Shown: positions 29,479 through 39,405, counted from the first letter of the stretch. The stretch is 54,154 nt of DNA from Candidatus Tayloriibacteriota bacterium (GCA_029288615.1 JARIGV010000032.1:1-54154), one strand, 5' to 3'. Program-made: numbers and translations. The notes: generated by a model from the sequence alone, not told the origin.

Positions 29479-30609
29479 ATGTTTTTAAATACTCGCGGAA
29501 AAATTGTGGCTATTTTTATTTCTGTGATTCTTATTGCACTTGGATATTTTCTCTACATCCATTTTTCTACTCCAGCACAGCCATCACTTGGATCGATGAC
29601 AGAAACACCAGCCCAAACTGCATCTTCAACATCTTCGACAACTACCGAGCCAGTAAAAAGTGCGGCGCCTGTCACGCAACCATCGCTTCCAGTTGTAAAA
29701 AGTCCGGCAACTACTACCACGCCGCTTCCAGCAGGAACAGATCAATTCACGATTGAGCTTGATGCGACTACATCTGACGCAATCGCTGCAAATCTTCAGA
29801 CTGGCCAATATATTCAAAGTGCAGATACATTTATAAATGCAGCAAAGGGAAAAAATTTTACTGCAGGTGCATACAAAATTTCTAAAGACATGAATGTGTC
29901 ACAGCTCGTGACAGTGCTTTCTGGTAAACCATACATGGTATGGGTCCTTATTCCTGAAGGACTTCGCAAAGAAGAAATAGCAGACCTTCTTAAGAAAAAA
30001 TTAAACTGGAGCACATCTGAGCGTTCTGCATTTCTCGCAGCGACAACTGCAAAATCTGATTACACAGAGGGTGTTTATTTTCCCGATACATATCTTATTC
30101 CAGTTGATGAAACTCCAGCAGATGTCACTAATCGCCTTATCGCAAAGTTTAATGAAAAATTCGCTCCATTTCTGCCGCAATTTAATGCGCAAAATATAAA
30201 ATGGACGACAGGACTCACTCTCGCATCAATCGTGCAGCGTGAAGCAGCAAATGATGCCGACACAGCACTCATCGCTGGCATCCTCTGGAACAGACTTGAG
30301 CAGGGTATGGCACTTGATGTTGATGCAACACTCCAATATGCACGCGGAGATGTAGGAAATGGCTATTGGGCGCCTATTACAACAGCCGAGAAGAAGATAG
30401 ATTCACCATACAATACATATATAAATAAAGGTCTGCCTCCGCATCCGATCTCAAACCCAGGTATTCCTGCGATTGCTGCCGTGCTCAACCCAGCTTCAAC
30501 AACATGTCTTTATTATCTTCATGATAAAAATCATGTAACACACTGCGCCGACACATACGAAGAGCACCAGGCGAATATACAGAAATATTTGATAGATACA
30601 GACAATTAG
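29479..30609 (+). CDS. mltG: Endolytic transglycosylase MltG paralogue 2 (Ser/Thr/Pro-rich linker)
   Basis: TM, T/S/P-rich linker, IPEG, EGVYFPDTY, ASIVQRE, DSPYNTY, GLPPHPISNPG. Confidence 0.9.
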   Translation: MFLNTRGKIVAIFISVILIALGYFLYIHFSTPAQPSLGSMTETPAQTASSTSSTTTEPVKSAAPVTQPSLPVVKSPATTTTPLPAGTDQFTIELDATTSDAIAANLQTGQYIQSADTFINAAKGKNFTAGAYKISKDMNVSQLVTVLSGKPYMVWVLIPEGLRKEEIADLLKKKLNWSTSERSAFLAATTAKSDYTEGVYFPDTYLIPVDETPADVTNRLIAKFNEKFAPFLPQFNAQNIKWTTGLTLASIVQREAANDADTALIAGILWNRLEQGMALDVDATLQYARGDVGNGYWAPITTAEKKIDSPYNTYINKGLPPHPISNPGIPAIAAVLNPASTTCLYYLHDKNHVTHCADTYEEHQANIQKYLIDTDN

Positions 30610-30654
30610 TCCTTTTTAAGGTATTATTTTTCTATTACAAAGTAATACTTTTCC

Positions 30655-31590
30655 ATGGAAACAACATCTGCACCAAAAAATTTTTTCCTTCAGCTTGGCA
30701 TTATCGCCACACTCTACATTTCAACAATAAGCTTTCTCTCTTTTATTTTTGATCTCATCAATGCAGCGTTTCCACAAAACAATCCTTACTCATACTATCC
30801 AGAGGATCTCTATTCTGGCGGTATGCGTCTCGCGATCTCATCTCTTATTGTAATCTTTCCGCTTTTCATCTGGCTTTCAAGAATCTATCGAAAAAACTCT
30901 ATTTCAATGTCAGGGGAGAATAAAGTTCGCAAATGGCTTCTTTTCCTCACACTTTTCCTCACTGGAGCTGCAGTAGCAACAGATCTTATCGTCCTCATTA
31001 ATACATTTCTCAACGGTGAAGACATCACAGCATCATTTATTCTTAAAGTTCTCGCAGTATTCGTAGTCTGCAGCGCAATCTTCGTATTTTATCTTAAAGA
31101 TATTTCGGGATATTGGAACGCAAACCAGAAGAAAGCAACAATCTTTGGCTATGTTGTATCAGCCATTGTCGCTCTCTCTATTATTGGAGGATTTTTCTAC
31201 ATTGGATCACCTACGACTGTACGAAATCAGAGTCAAGATGCGACACGTCAGAGTGATCTTTCGACTATTCAGTGGCAAATTGTTGATTTCTATCAGCAGA
31301 AAGGCAGACTTCCGGGCACACTTGATGAAGTAAAAGATCCAATTTCGGGAAATACAATTCCAGTTGATCCAAACACAGGTGCAGCGTATGAGTATCAGAA
31401 GACAGGAGCACTCACATTCTCACTCTGCGCTACATTTGCAACAGATTCATCATCAAAATTCTCGTCACCGATAGTTCCACAAGGATCTCTCAATGAAAAT
31501 TGGAACCATTCTGCCGGACACACATGCTTCGCACGAACAATAGATCCAGAAAGATATCCGGTATATAGCAAAGGCATTCAAAATCAATAA
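30655..31590 (+). CDS. DUF5671-like multi-TM protein with pilin-like C-terminal domain
   Basis: About five TM helices, then DATRQSDL..IQ..I..FY...GRLP, DP.TG..YEY and a Cys pair. Confidence 0.65.
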   Translation: METTSAPKNFFLQLGIIATLYISTISFLSFIFDLINAAFPQNNPYSYYPEDLYSGGMRLAISSLIVIFPLFIWLSRIYRKNSISMSGENKVRKWLLFLTLFLTGAAVATDLIVLINTFLNGEDITASFILKVLAVFVVCSAIFVFYLKDISGYWNANQKKATIFGYVVSAIVALSIIGGFFYIGSPTTVRNQSQDATRQSDLSTIQWQIVDFYQQKGRLPGTLDEVKDPISGNTIPVDPNTGAAYEYQKTGALTFSLCATFATDSSSKFSSPIVPQGSLNENWNHSAGHTCFARTIDPERYPVYSKGIQNQ

Positions 31591-31594
31591 AATC

Positions 31595-32203
31595 ATGCGA
31601 AAGATTCTTATTGGTACGCGAAATGATGCAAAATTTCGCATGGTAAAAGAATGCATGCCAGAAATTCCAGACGTTGAATTTGTAAATCTAAATGATATAT
31701 CTGCAATTGATGATTCAACTCTCGTAGAAGGCCCAGACTTTGAAGAAAATGCGAAATTAAAGTCAGAATTTTATTTCAAAGCTTCAGGAATTCCAACGAT
31801 TGCCACAGATAATATTTTTTGGGTAGAAAAATGGCCGAAAGACAATGGATTTATCGTGCACATGCGAAAAGAAGCCAATCCAGAAAGCCCGAGAGCAACA
31901 GATGAGGAAGTTGTAGAATTTTTCAAGAAATTTCTAGACAGTGTCGGTGGGGAATCGAAAGCAAATTTCTTTTATGCCATCGCGTATACCGACGAAAAAG
32001 GTACAAATACATGGGTATCAAAACAACACGACTATATTGTGCAGACCGTGCAATCAAAAAATTTCTGGCCAGGGTATCCGATGGAATCTCTCCTTATCGA
32101 TGCTGAAACAGGGGAGTATAAAGGTGATCAAAAAAATGAAAGAAGATATTCAAAACTTATTGAATGTCTTGCAACTGATGTGAAAAAGAGAATTTTGGAA
32201 TAA
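31595..32203 (+). CDS. Divergent Ham1/RdgB-family NTP pyrophosphatase
   Basis: KILIGTRNDAK, E.GPDFEENAKLK, IATD; the C-terminal SHR motif is absent. Confidence 0.7.
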   Translation: MRKILIGTRNDAKFRMVKECMPEIPDVEFVNLNDISAIDDSTLVEGPDFEENAKLKSEFYFKASGIPTIATDNIFWVEKWPKDNGFIVHMRKEANPESPRATDEEVVEFFKKFLDSVGGESKANFFYAIAYTDEKGTNTWVSKQHDYIVQTVQSKNFWPGYPMESLLIDAETGEYKGDQKNERRYSKLIECLATDVKKRILE

Positions 32204-32232
32204 TTGAAAGTTTAAGGCATACTATTTTCTAC

Positions 32233-35200
32233 ATGAAAAAATACGATCCTAAAAAAATAGAAGGAAGGTGGCAAAAGAAATGGCAATCGGAGAAAACATT
32301 TGTCACAAAGGACTCTGGCGCAAAGGAAAAATACATACTCGTAGAATTTCCTTATCCCTCTGGTGCCGGCCTTCACATGGGTCATATGAGACCTTACATG
32401 GCTGGAGATATCTCAGCAAAATACTGGCGCCTCAAAGGCTACAACACGATGTATCCAATTGGTTGGGATGCTTTTGGTCTTCCTGCAGAAAACTACGCGA
32501 TCAAAAACAAAGTTCACCCAGAAGTTTCAACAAAAAAGAATATTGCAAACGCAAAAAGGCAGCTTGCATCATGGGGAACGGGTTTTGATTGGTCGAGAGA
32601 AATAAACACAACAGATCCTGACTACTATAAATGGACACAAAAAATTTTCTTGGAGTTTCTCAAAGCAGGTCTTGCATATGAAGCGACAGGACTCATCAAT
32701 TGGTGCCCGAAAGATAAAACAGGTCTTGCTAATGAAGAAGTGATTGATGGTAAATGTGAACGCTGTGGTAGCGAAGTAGAGAAGAAAGAGCTTCGCCAAT
32801 GGTATCTCAAGATCACAGACTATGCAGAAAAGCTTTTGGAAGGACTCAAAGATCTTCCAGAGTGGCCTGAAGCAGTAAAACTCCAACAGGCAAATTGGAT
32901 CGGTAAAAGTGAGGGCGCTGAAATTGATTTTTATCTTAATTTCAAAAAAGATCCAAAAGTAAATGAGAACCGCGGACCAGACGGAAAGGCCGCGCATATT
33001 CCTGTTTTCACAACACGTCCTGATACGATCTTTGGTGCTACGTATCTCGTTCTTTCACCAGAACATCTCTGGGTCACACTCGCAACTGACGATAAGCATG
33101 ACGTTCTCGAAAATAAAGAGGAGGTAAAGAAATATATCGAAAATGTAAAAGGTAAATCTGACATTGAACGCACAGCTCTTGGAAAAGAGAAAACAGGTGT
33201 AGAGCTTAAAGGTGTTAAGGCTATTAATCCTGCAACAGGTGAAGAAATTCCGATGTTTATTGCAGATTATGTCCTTGCAGGCTACGGCACTGGAGCGATC
33301 ATGGCTGTTCCTGCACACGACGAACGAGATTATGATTTCGCAAAGAAATTTGATTTACCAATAAGACAAGTTGTAGCGGAACATTTTGTCGATATAAATA
33401 CACCCCCTAGAGAAGGAAAAAGGCATGCTCCTCGTGTTGTAGTTCAAGGAATTGTAAGAAATACAAAAAACAACACTGTCCTTCAGATTGTATGGAAAAA
33501 ATTTCCATGGAAAACATTTGTCATTGGCGGCGCTGAGGATGGAGAAAGTCTTGAGGACGCTGTAAAAAGAGAAGTCTTTGAGGAGACTGGGTACAAAAAC
33601 TTTTCTTCAATTAGAAAAATTGGATCTGAAATGCGCTCAGAGTGGTATGCGGAGCATAAAGATGAAAATCGCTACGCCCACATGCATGTCTATGAACTTA
33701 TTCTAGAAAACGATGAGCACGAGGAAATAAGTGGCAAAGAAAAGGAGAAACATGAAATTGCATGGGTGCCTTTTGATTCAATTTCAACTTCTTTTAAGCC
33801 AGTAAGCGAAATGCCAGCAATTCTCGCCGGACTTAACAAAAAAGAAGCGGGGGTATTTGCTGAAAGTGGAATTCTTATTAATTCAGGGAAATTTTCTGAA
33901 AAAAATTCTGAGGAAGTAAAAAAAGACATTGTTGAATTCGTCGGTGGAAAGATTGTCACAAAATACAAACTCCGCGACTGGGTGTTCTCACGCCAGCGCT
34001 ATTGGGGTGAACCAATTCCAGTCATTCACTGTGATAAATGTGGAATCGTTCCTGTTCCCGAGAAAGATCTTCCTGTTAAACTTCCAAAAGTAAAAAACTA
34101 CGAACCGACAGGAACAGGTGAGAGTCCACTTGCAGCAATTGAGAAGTGGGTCAATGTAAAATGTCCGTCATGTGAACAAAAAAAGAAAGAAACAAAATAT
34201 TTAGTCTTTGACTTTGATGGTGTACTTGGTGATACATGGGAGGCACATCTTCATGCTCGAGTAAACATGGGGGATAGTCCTGACCTAAAAGATGCGGTTG
34301 CGAAAGCAGAGAAATACTTTGAAACTAAGCCTTGGCATTCACGTGGAGAAAAATATGACGAAAGTATTCACATAGACTGGTCTACACGATTTGCAAAAGA
34401 ACTTGCAAAACTTGAGTATGATCTTTTCACTGATTTTCTTAAGGAAATTGGCAAAATCAAAAATGCAAAAGTAGCCATCGTGAGCGCGGGCTCAAAAATC
34501 TATTCCGAAGCGCCAATTAAAAAAGCAAAATTCAAGCATACTCATTTTCTAGGTATGGAAGATCATCATTCAAAAGAGGAAAAACTTGAAATGATTGCAG
34601 AAGCATGGAAGGTAGATGTAACGGAGCTTTACTATTTCACCGACACGAAAGCAGATGTGTACGAGCTGGAGAATCTTCTTAATCGTAAAAAGATTATTGG
34701 CTGTGCTTGGGGTTACGCCGGAGAAGAAAAATTAAAACAAGTTCTTCCGGAAAACCAGATCCTCAAAAAATTCAAGGATATTCACAAAGTTTTTGAGCCA
34801 GGAAAAGCAAAACGCGAAACAAACACAATGCCACAATGGGCAGGCAGCTCTTGGTATTGGCTTCGTTACACTGACCCAAAAAACAAAAAGGAATTTGCAG
34901 ACCAGAAAAAGCAAAAATATTGGACACCTGTAGATCTCTATTTTGGTGGGATGGAGCACACAACACTTCATCTTCTCTATTCTCGTTTTTGGAATCTTTT
35001 CCTTCACGACAGAGGACTTGTTACCGCAAAAGAGCCTTACATGAAGCGAGTACCACACGGCATCATTCTGGGTCCGGATGGCGAGAAAATGTCAAAGAGT
35101 CGAGGCAATGTTGTAAACCCAGATGACATCATTGCTCTTTACGGAGCAGATACTGTGCGCGTGTACATGGCATTCTTAGGCCCCCACGGTGCGCAAGTTG

Positions 35201-35748
35201 CATGGAATGATAAAGGTATTATCGGCGCACGAAGATTTCTCGAGCGAGTGTTTGCAATGAAAGAATTTATTTCAAAAAATGAAGACAAAAATGTTACAAC
35301 ACTACTTCATAAGACCATAAAGAAAGTAGGTGAGGACGTTGAAGCATTTTCGTTCAACACCGCCATTTCATCAATGATGATTTTTGTGAATACTGTTTTT
35401 GAATCAAAAAAAATCACAAAGAAATCTTTCGAAATATTTCTCATTATTCTTTCTGCCTTTGCACCTCATCTTTCGGAAGAAATTTGGAAGGAACTTGGAC
35501 ATAAAAAGACAATCTTTACTGAAAAATGGCCCACTTTTGATCCAAAACTTCTCGTTTCTGACACCGTAAAAATGGTTGTGCAGATAAATGGCAAGGTCCG
35601 AGCGGAAATTGAGGTAGGAGCTTCGGCCGAAGAGAAGGAAATTGTAGAAAAGGCCCTCTCGGAGCCTAAAATTGGGGAGTATTTGGAGGGTAAGGAAATC
35701 CGAAAAACCATTGTGGTTAAGGGAAAAATCGTCAATTTTGTGGTCTAA
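32233..35748 (+). CDS. leuS: Leucine--tRNA ligase with inserted NUDIX and HAD domains
   Basis: FPYPSGAGLHMGH, CP1 editing TTRPDT and GTGAIMAVPAHD, DWVFSRQRYWG, KMSKS; 1171 aa. Confidence 0.96.
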   Translation: MKKYDPKKIEGRWQKKWQSEKTFVTKDSGAKEKYILVEFPYPSGAGLHMGHMRPYMAGDISAKYWRLKGYNTMYPIGWDAFGLPAENYAIKNKVHPEVSTKKNIANAKRQLASWGTGFDWSREINTTDPDYYKWTQKIFLEFLKAGLAYEATGLINWCPKDKTGLANEEVIDGKCERCGSEVEKKELRQWYLKITDYAEKLLEGLKDLPEWPEAVKLQQANWIGKSEGAEIDFYLNFKKDPKVNENRGPDGKAAHIPVFTTRPDTIFGATYLVLSPEHLWVTLATDDKHDVLENKEEVKKYIENVKGKSDIERTALGKEKTGVELKGVKAINPATGEEIPMFIADYVLAGYGTGAIMAVPAHDERDYDFAKKFDLPIRQVVAEHFVDINTPPREGKRHAPRVVVQGIVRNTKNNTVLQIVWKKFPWKTFVIGGAEDGESLEDAVKREVFEETGYKNFSSIRKIGSEMRSEWYAEHKDENRYAHMHVYELILENDEHEEISGKEKEKHEIAWVPFDSISTSFKPVSEMPAILAGLNKKEAGVFAESGILINSGKFSEKNSEEVKKDIVEFVGGKIVTKYKLRDWVFSRQRYWGEPIPVIHCDKCGIVPVPEKDLPVKLPKVKNYEPTGTGESPLAAIEKWVNVKCPSCEQKKKETKYLVFDFDGVLGDTWEAHLHARVNMGDSPDLKDAVAKAEKYFETKPWHSRGEKYDESIHIDWSTRFAKELAKLEYDLFTDFLKEIGKIKNAKVAIVSAGSKIYSEAPIKKAKFKHTHFLGMEDHHSKEEKLEMIAEAWKVDVTELYYFTDTKADVYELENLLNRKKIIGCAWGYAGEEKLKQVLPENQILKKFKDIHKVFEPGKAKRETNTMPQWAGSSWYWLRYTDPKNKKEFADQKKQKYWTPVDLYFGGMEHTTLHLLYSRFWNLFLHDRGLVTAKEPYMKRVPHGIILGPDGEKMSKSRGNVVNPDDIIALYGADTVRVYMAFLGPHGAQVAWNDKGIIGARRFLERVFAMKEFISKNEDKNVTTLLHKTIKKVGEDVEAFSFNTAISSMMIFVNTVFESKKITKKSFEIFLIILSAFAPHLSEEIWKELGHKKTIFTEKWPTFDPKLLVSDTVKMVVQINGKVRAEIEVGASAEEKEIVEKALSEPKIGEYLEGKEIRKTIVVKGKIVNFVV

Positions 35749-35759
35749 AAGCCACCTTA

Positions 35760-35788
35760 TTGACATAATTTGCTAAGAATGATAGAAA
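35760..35788 (+). promoter_or_regulatory. Sigma70-type promoter
   Basis: TTGACA-17nt-TAGAAA with a TG extension, upstream of the 35825 gene. Confidence 0.5.
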
Positions 35789-35824
35789 TATAAGTACCAA
35801 AACACATAAAACAGATAAAAACAA

Positions 35825-36856
35825 ATGTCAGTGCTCACATTCAAACCAAAAATCACCGTCAAAAAGCTCCTCGCAGCCCTTCCTACACGTTCTCGTGAGG
35901 TTATTGTTGCTCGCTATGGACTTGGAAAGGATGCTTCAAAGATGACTCTCGAAGCTATTGGCGATAAATACGGTATCACTCGTGAACGAGTACGACAGAT
36001 CGAGAATTCTGGCATCATAAACATCCGAAAATCAAAATCTTTTAAGGAAGAAGTAAAAGTTTTTGAGGAACTTAAGAATATTTTTAAAACTCTTGGATCA
36101 ATTATTTCAGAAGAAGATTTTCTCAATTATATTTCTCCAAAAGATAAATCTCTTCAAAACGATGTTCACTTCCTTCTCGTTGTTGGAGATGCATTCAAGA
36201 AACAGAAAGAAAATGATGAGTTCAAACACCGATGGCACATCGATGATTCTCACGCAAAGAAAGTAGAGGAAGCGCTTCGAAAACTTTACAAAGGACTTTC
36301 AAATGATGAACTCCTTCCTGAATCAGAAATCATCACAACTTTCCTCAAGCATCTCGAGGAAGTAAACGAGGAATACAAGAACGAAGAAGTTCTCAAACGA
36401 TGGCTCTCTCTTTCAAAACAGATTTCACGAAATCCTCTTGGTGAATGGGGAGTTGCTCATTCAAAGAATGTTTCTGTGAAGGGAATTCGAGACTACGCGT
36501 ACCTCGCTATAAGAAAGCACGGATCACCGATCCACTTCCGCGAAGTTGCTAAATCAATCCAGACACTTTTCAACAAAAAAGCTCATGTTGCTACAACACA
36601 CAACGAACTTATTAAAGACAAGAGATTTGTTCTCGTTGGACGCGGTCTCTACGCTCTCGCTGAATGGGGATATATCAATGGTGTTGTAAAAGATGTGATC
36701 CAGAAGGTTCTTGAGAAAAATGGCCCCCTTACGAAAGAAGAGATCATCGACAAAGTTCTCAAAGAACGATACGTCAAAGAAAACACCATCCTCGTCAATC
36801 TTCAGAACGCAAAGAACTTCAAGAAAGACAAACAAGGACGTTACTCACTCGTATAA
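35825..36856 (+). CDS. Sigma-70 region 4 HTH protein with C-terminal winged-helix domains
   Basis: L..RSREVI..RYGL...TLEAIG..YGITRERVRQIE; HARE-HTH-like IHFREV...RFVLVGRGLYALAEW; no sigma region 2. Confidence 0.8.
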   Translation: MSVLTFKPKITVKKLLAALPTRSREVIVARYGLGKDASKMTLEAIGDKYGITRERVRQIENSGIINIRKSKSFKEEVKVFEELKNIFKTLGSIISEEDFLNYISPKDKSLQNDVHFLLVVGDAFKKQKENDEFKHRWHIDDSHAKKVEEALRKLYKGLSNDELLPESEIITTFLKHLEEVNEEYKNEEVLKRWLSLSKQISRNPLGEWGVAHSKNVSVKGIRDYAYLAIRKHGSPIHFREVAKSIQTLFNKKAHVATTHNELIKDKRFVLVGRGLYALAEWGYINGVVKDVIQKVLEKNGPLTKEEIIDKVLKERYVKENTILVNLQNAKNFKKDKQGRYSLV

Positions 36857-36858
36857 AG

Positions 36859-36886
36859 AAATCCCCGCGCCACGCGGGGTTTTTTT
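36859..36886 (+). terminator. Intrinsic terminator
   Basis: CCCCGCG-CCA-CGCGGGG followed by T7. Confidence 0.8.
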
Positions 36887-36925
36887 ATGAGAAAAGGTGC
36901 GGTATTATTATTGTGTAAAAAACGA

Positions 36926-38167
36926 ATGGATAATTTTCTTTCACTCTTCGGCTCATCTTCGCAGGGAGTCCTTCTCGACTCACTTGCTTTTGCTTATATT
37001 CTTATTGTAATAATTGCACCCTTTGTCTTGGCTGTAATGTTCTTTGAAGCATATGTCACTTTAAGACGAAATCAATTCATTCATAGCCAGAAAACGATCG
37101 TCCTTGCAATCACTCTTCCACAAGAGATTCTTAAATCACCACTTGCGATGGAACTTTTCCTTACATCTCTTTATCAAACAAAAGGTGAGGGAACATTTAT
37201 CGCGCGTCTTATCAAAGGACAGGTACGTCCGTGGTTTTCTCTTGAACTTGTTTCAGATGGTGGCAATATCAAATTTTATATTTGGACATGGAGTTTTTGG
37301 AAACATCTTGTTGAATCACAACTCTACGCGCAGTATCCAGACATCGAAATAAAAGAAGTAAAAGACTATGCGGAGAATGTTCATCTTGATTTCAATAAAA
37401 TGGATCTTTGGGGATGTAATTTCAAACTTTCAAAAGCAGATCATTTTCCAATAAAAACATATGTTGATTACAATCTCGATAAAGATCCAAAAGAAGAAGT
37501 GAAGATTGATCCAATGACACCAGTACTTGAATATCTTGGTGGACTTCGCAAGGGTGAGCATGCATGGATTCAGATCATTATCCGTGCTCACAAAAAAGAA
37601 AGACCGAAACCTGGAGCTGGATGGTTCAGCCGTGAAAAAGTTGATTGGACCCATCACGGAAAAGAAGAAATCAAACACATCAAGCAAGGTGATAAGCAGG
37701 AAGCAGGAGAGATTAAACTTACAGGAATTTCTCTTACCAAAGGCGAGCGAGATGTCATCGAAGCGATCGAGAAAAATATTGCAAAGATCGCATTCGACTG
37801 CGGTATTCGTGCTCTTTATTTTGCAGACAAAGGAGCATTCAATGATATCAACATTGCAGGACTCAACGGCTCTTTCAGACAATATAACGCCACAAATCTC
37901 AACGGATTCGAATCAGATCATGCCACATCCTTTGATTATCCATGGCAAGATTTCACTGGTAAAAAACTTAAACACAAAAAAGAGCACATGCTTCATGAAT
38001 ACCAGTCGCGCTCATTTTTTCATTCACCCCATCAGGGACATTTCTTTACAATGAATACAGAGAGTCTTGCGACTATCTATCACTTCCCAGGTCAGGTTGC
38101 TCGCACACCAACAATTTCACGTGTCGAAGCAAAGAAATCAGAAGCACCCGCAAACCTTCCAATTTAA
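36926..38167 (+). CDS. Membrane-anchored conserved hypothetical protein
   Basis: N-terminal TM; FSLEL, QLYAQYP.IEI.EV.DY, LATIYHFP motifs recall CPR proteins associated with TraG/VirB4-like ATPases; no P-loop here. Confidence 0.65.
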   Translation: MDNFLSLFGSSSQGVLLDSLAFAYILIVIIAPFVLAVMFFEAYVTLRRNQFIHSQKTIVLAITLPQEILKSPLAMELFLTSLYQTKGEGTFIARLIKGQVRPWFSLELVSDGGNIKFYIWTWSFWKHLVESQLYAQYPDIEIKEVKDYAENVHLDFNKMDLWGCNFKLSKADHFPIKTYVDYNLDKDPKEEVKIDPMTPVLEYLGGLRKGEHAWIQIIIRAHKKERPKPGAGWFSREKVDWTHHGKEEIKHIKQGDKQEAGEIKLTGISLTKGERDVIEAIEKNIAKIAFDCGIRALYFADKGAFNDINIAGLNGSFRQYNATNLNGFESDHATSFDYPWQDFTGKKLKHKKEHMLHEYQSRSFFHSPHQGHFFTMNTESLATIYHFPGQVARTPTISRVEAKKSEAPANLPI

Positions 38168-38176
38168 TTTCATTCT

Positions 38177-39169
38177 ATGGATTCATTACCGTCGGATTTC
38201 GAATCGGCACCCAAGAAAAAAATAACAACAAAAGCGCTCGCTCTCAGCGCAGCTCTTTTTATTTGCGTACTTCTTTTCATCTATTACTTTATGATTGGAA
38301 GCTTTGCGAAGTTTCCCGACGGTAAAATTATCTATGTAAAAAAAGGAGCCTCGCTTCGTGAAGTAGCTACAGAATTTAAAGTGGGCGGCATTATTTCATC
38401 ACGAAACCTTCTTATGATGACGATCATTACACTTGGTGGCGAAAATAAAGTCGTTGCTGGGCCATATTTCTTTTCAGGTGGAGAAGGCGTACTTCCACTC
38501 GCGCTTCGACTCATGTCAGGAAATTTTGAAATCAAACCACTTAAAATTACATTCCCAGAAGGATTTACTGTGAAAGCGATAGGAGATCGATTGAAGGAAA
38601 GAATTCCCGTCTTCGATGAATCTAATTTTCTTGCGCTCGCTAAACCAAAAGAGGGATATCTTTTTCCTGAAACATATTTCTTCTTACCTGATGTCACCGC
38701 AACAGACACACTCGAAGCATTTTCAAATGTTTTTGATCAGAAAATTAGCAGCCTCAAAAATCAGATCCTTTCTTCTGGACATTCACTGAACGAGATCATC
38801 ACAATGGCGTCCATTCTTGAGGAAGAAGTACGTGGTAGCGAGGATAAAAAGATTGTCGCAGGAATTCTCTGGAAAAGAATAAAAATGAGAATGCCGCTCC
38901 AGGTAGATTCCACTCTCGCGTACGAAATTGGAAAAACATCGGGACAACTTACTCTGACCGATCTTCAAACGGATTCTCCGTACAATACATACACGAGAAA
39001 AGGTTTGCCTCCAACACCGATTTCAAACCCAGGACTCGACTCGATCACGGCAGCCGTTGAGCCAATGACAACACCGTATCTTTATTTCCTCACAGATAGC
39101 CAAGGAGTAGTGCATTATGCAAAAACTTTTGAAGAGCATAAGGCGAATAAAGCGAGGTATTTGAGATAA
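38177..39169 (+). CDS. mltG: Endolytic transglycosylase MltG paralogue 3
   Basis: TM, ITFPEG, EGYLFPETY, ASILEEE, LQVDST, DSPYNTY, GLPPTPISNPG, YLYF. Confidence 0.92.
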   Translation: MDSLPSDFESAPKKKITTKALALSAALFICVLLFIYYFMIGSFAKFPDGKIIYVKKGASLREVATEFKVGGIISSRNLLMMTIITLGGENKVVAGPYFFSGGEGVLPLALRLMSGNFEIKPLKITFPEGFTVKAIGDRLKERIPVFDESNFLALAKPKEGYLFPETYFFLPDVTATDTLEAFSNVFDQKISSLKNQILSSGHSLNEIITMASILEEEVRGSEDKKIVAGILWKRIKMRMPLQVDSTLAYEIGKTSGQLTLTDLQTDSPYNTYTRKGLPPTPISNPGLDSITAAVEPMTTPYLYFLTDSQGVVHYAKTFEEHKANKARYLR

Positions 39170-39210
39170 GAACGGGACATCTCAATTATAATTATAAAAA
39201 TACTGAAGTA

Positions 39211-39405
39211 TTACTTCAGTGGGATCAAAAAAGCATAGAATATTTGGCCTACGACAACAAATAGATAGAAGCCGCACCAGAGTGTAATCCCAATCCGGTA
39301 AAGAATATCAAGATTATGCCGTTGACGTACTGTAGTAGCCTGACCGAATGCACCAATAGCAGCCAATCCTATACCAAAGGGCACAGCAAGAATGAACAAG
39401 TCCAT
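39211..39405 (-). CDS. Small two-TM hypothetical protein
   Basis: 64 aa with two hydrophobic stretches; TTGACT upstream. Confidence 0.45.
   Translation of the reverse strand: MDLFILAVPFGIGLAAIGAFGQATTVRQRHNLDILYRIGITLWCGFYLFVVVGQIFYAFLIPLK

Noticed and set aside
34174-34800. Intein in LeuS
   Set aside because: No C/S start with HN-C/S/T end or LAGLIDADG motifs; the insert has HAD motifs.
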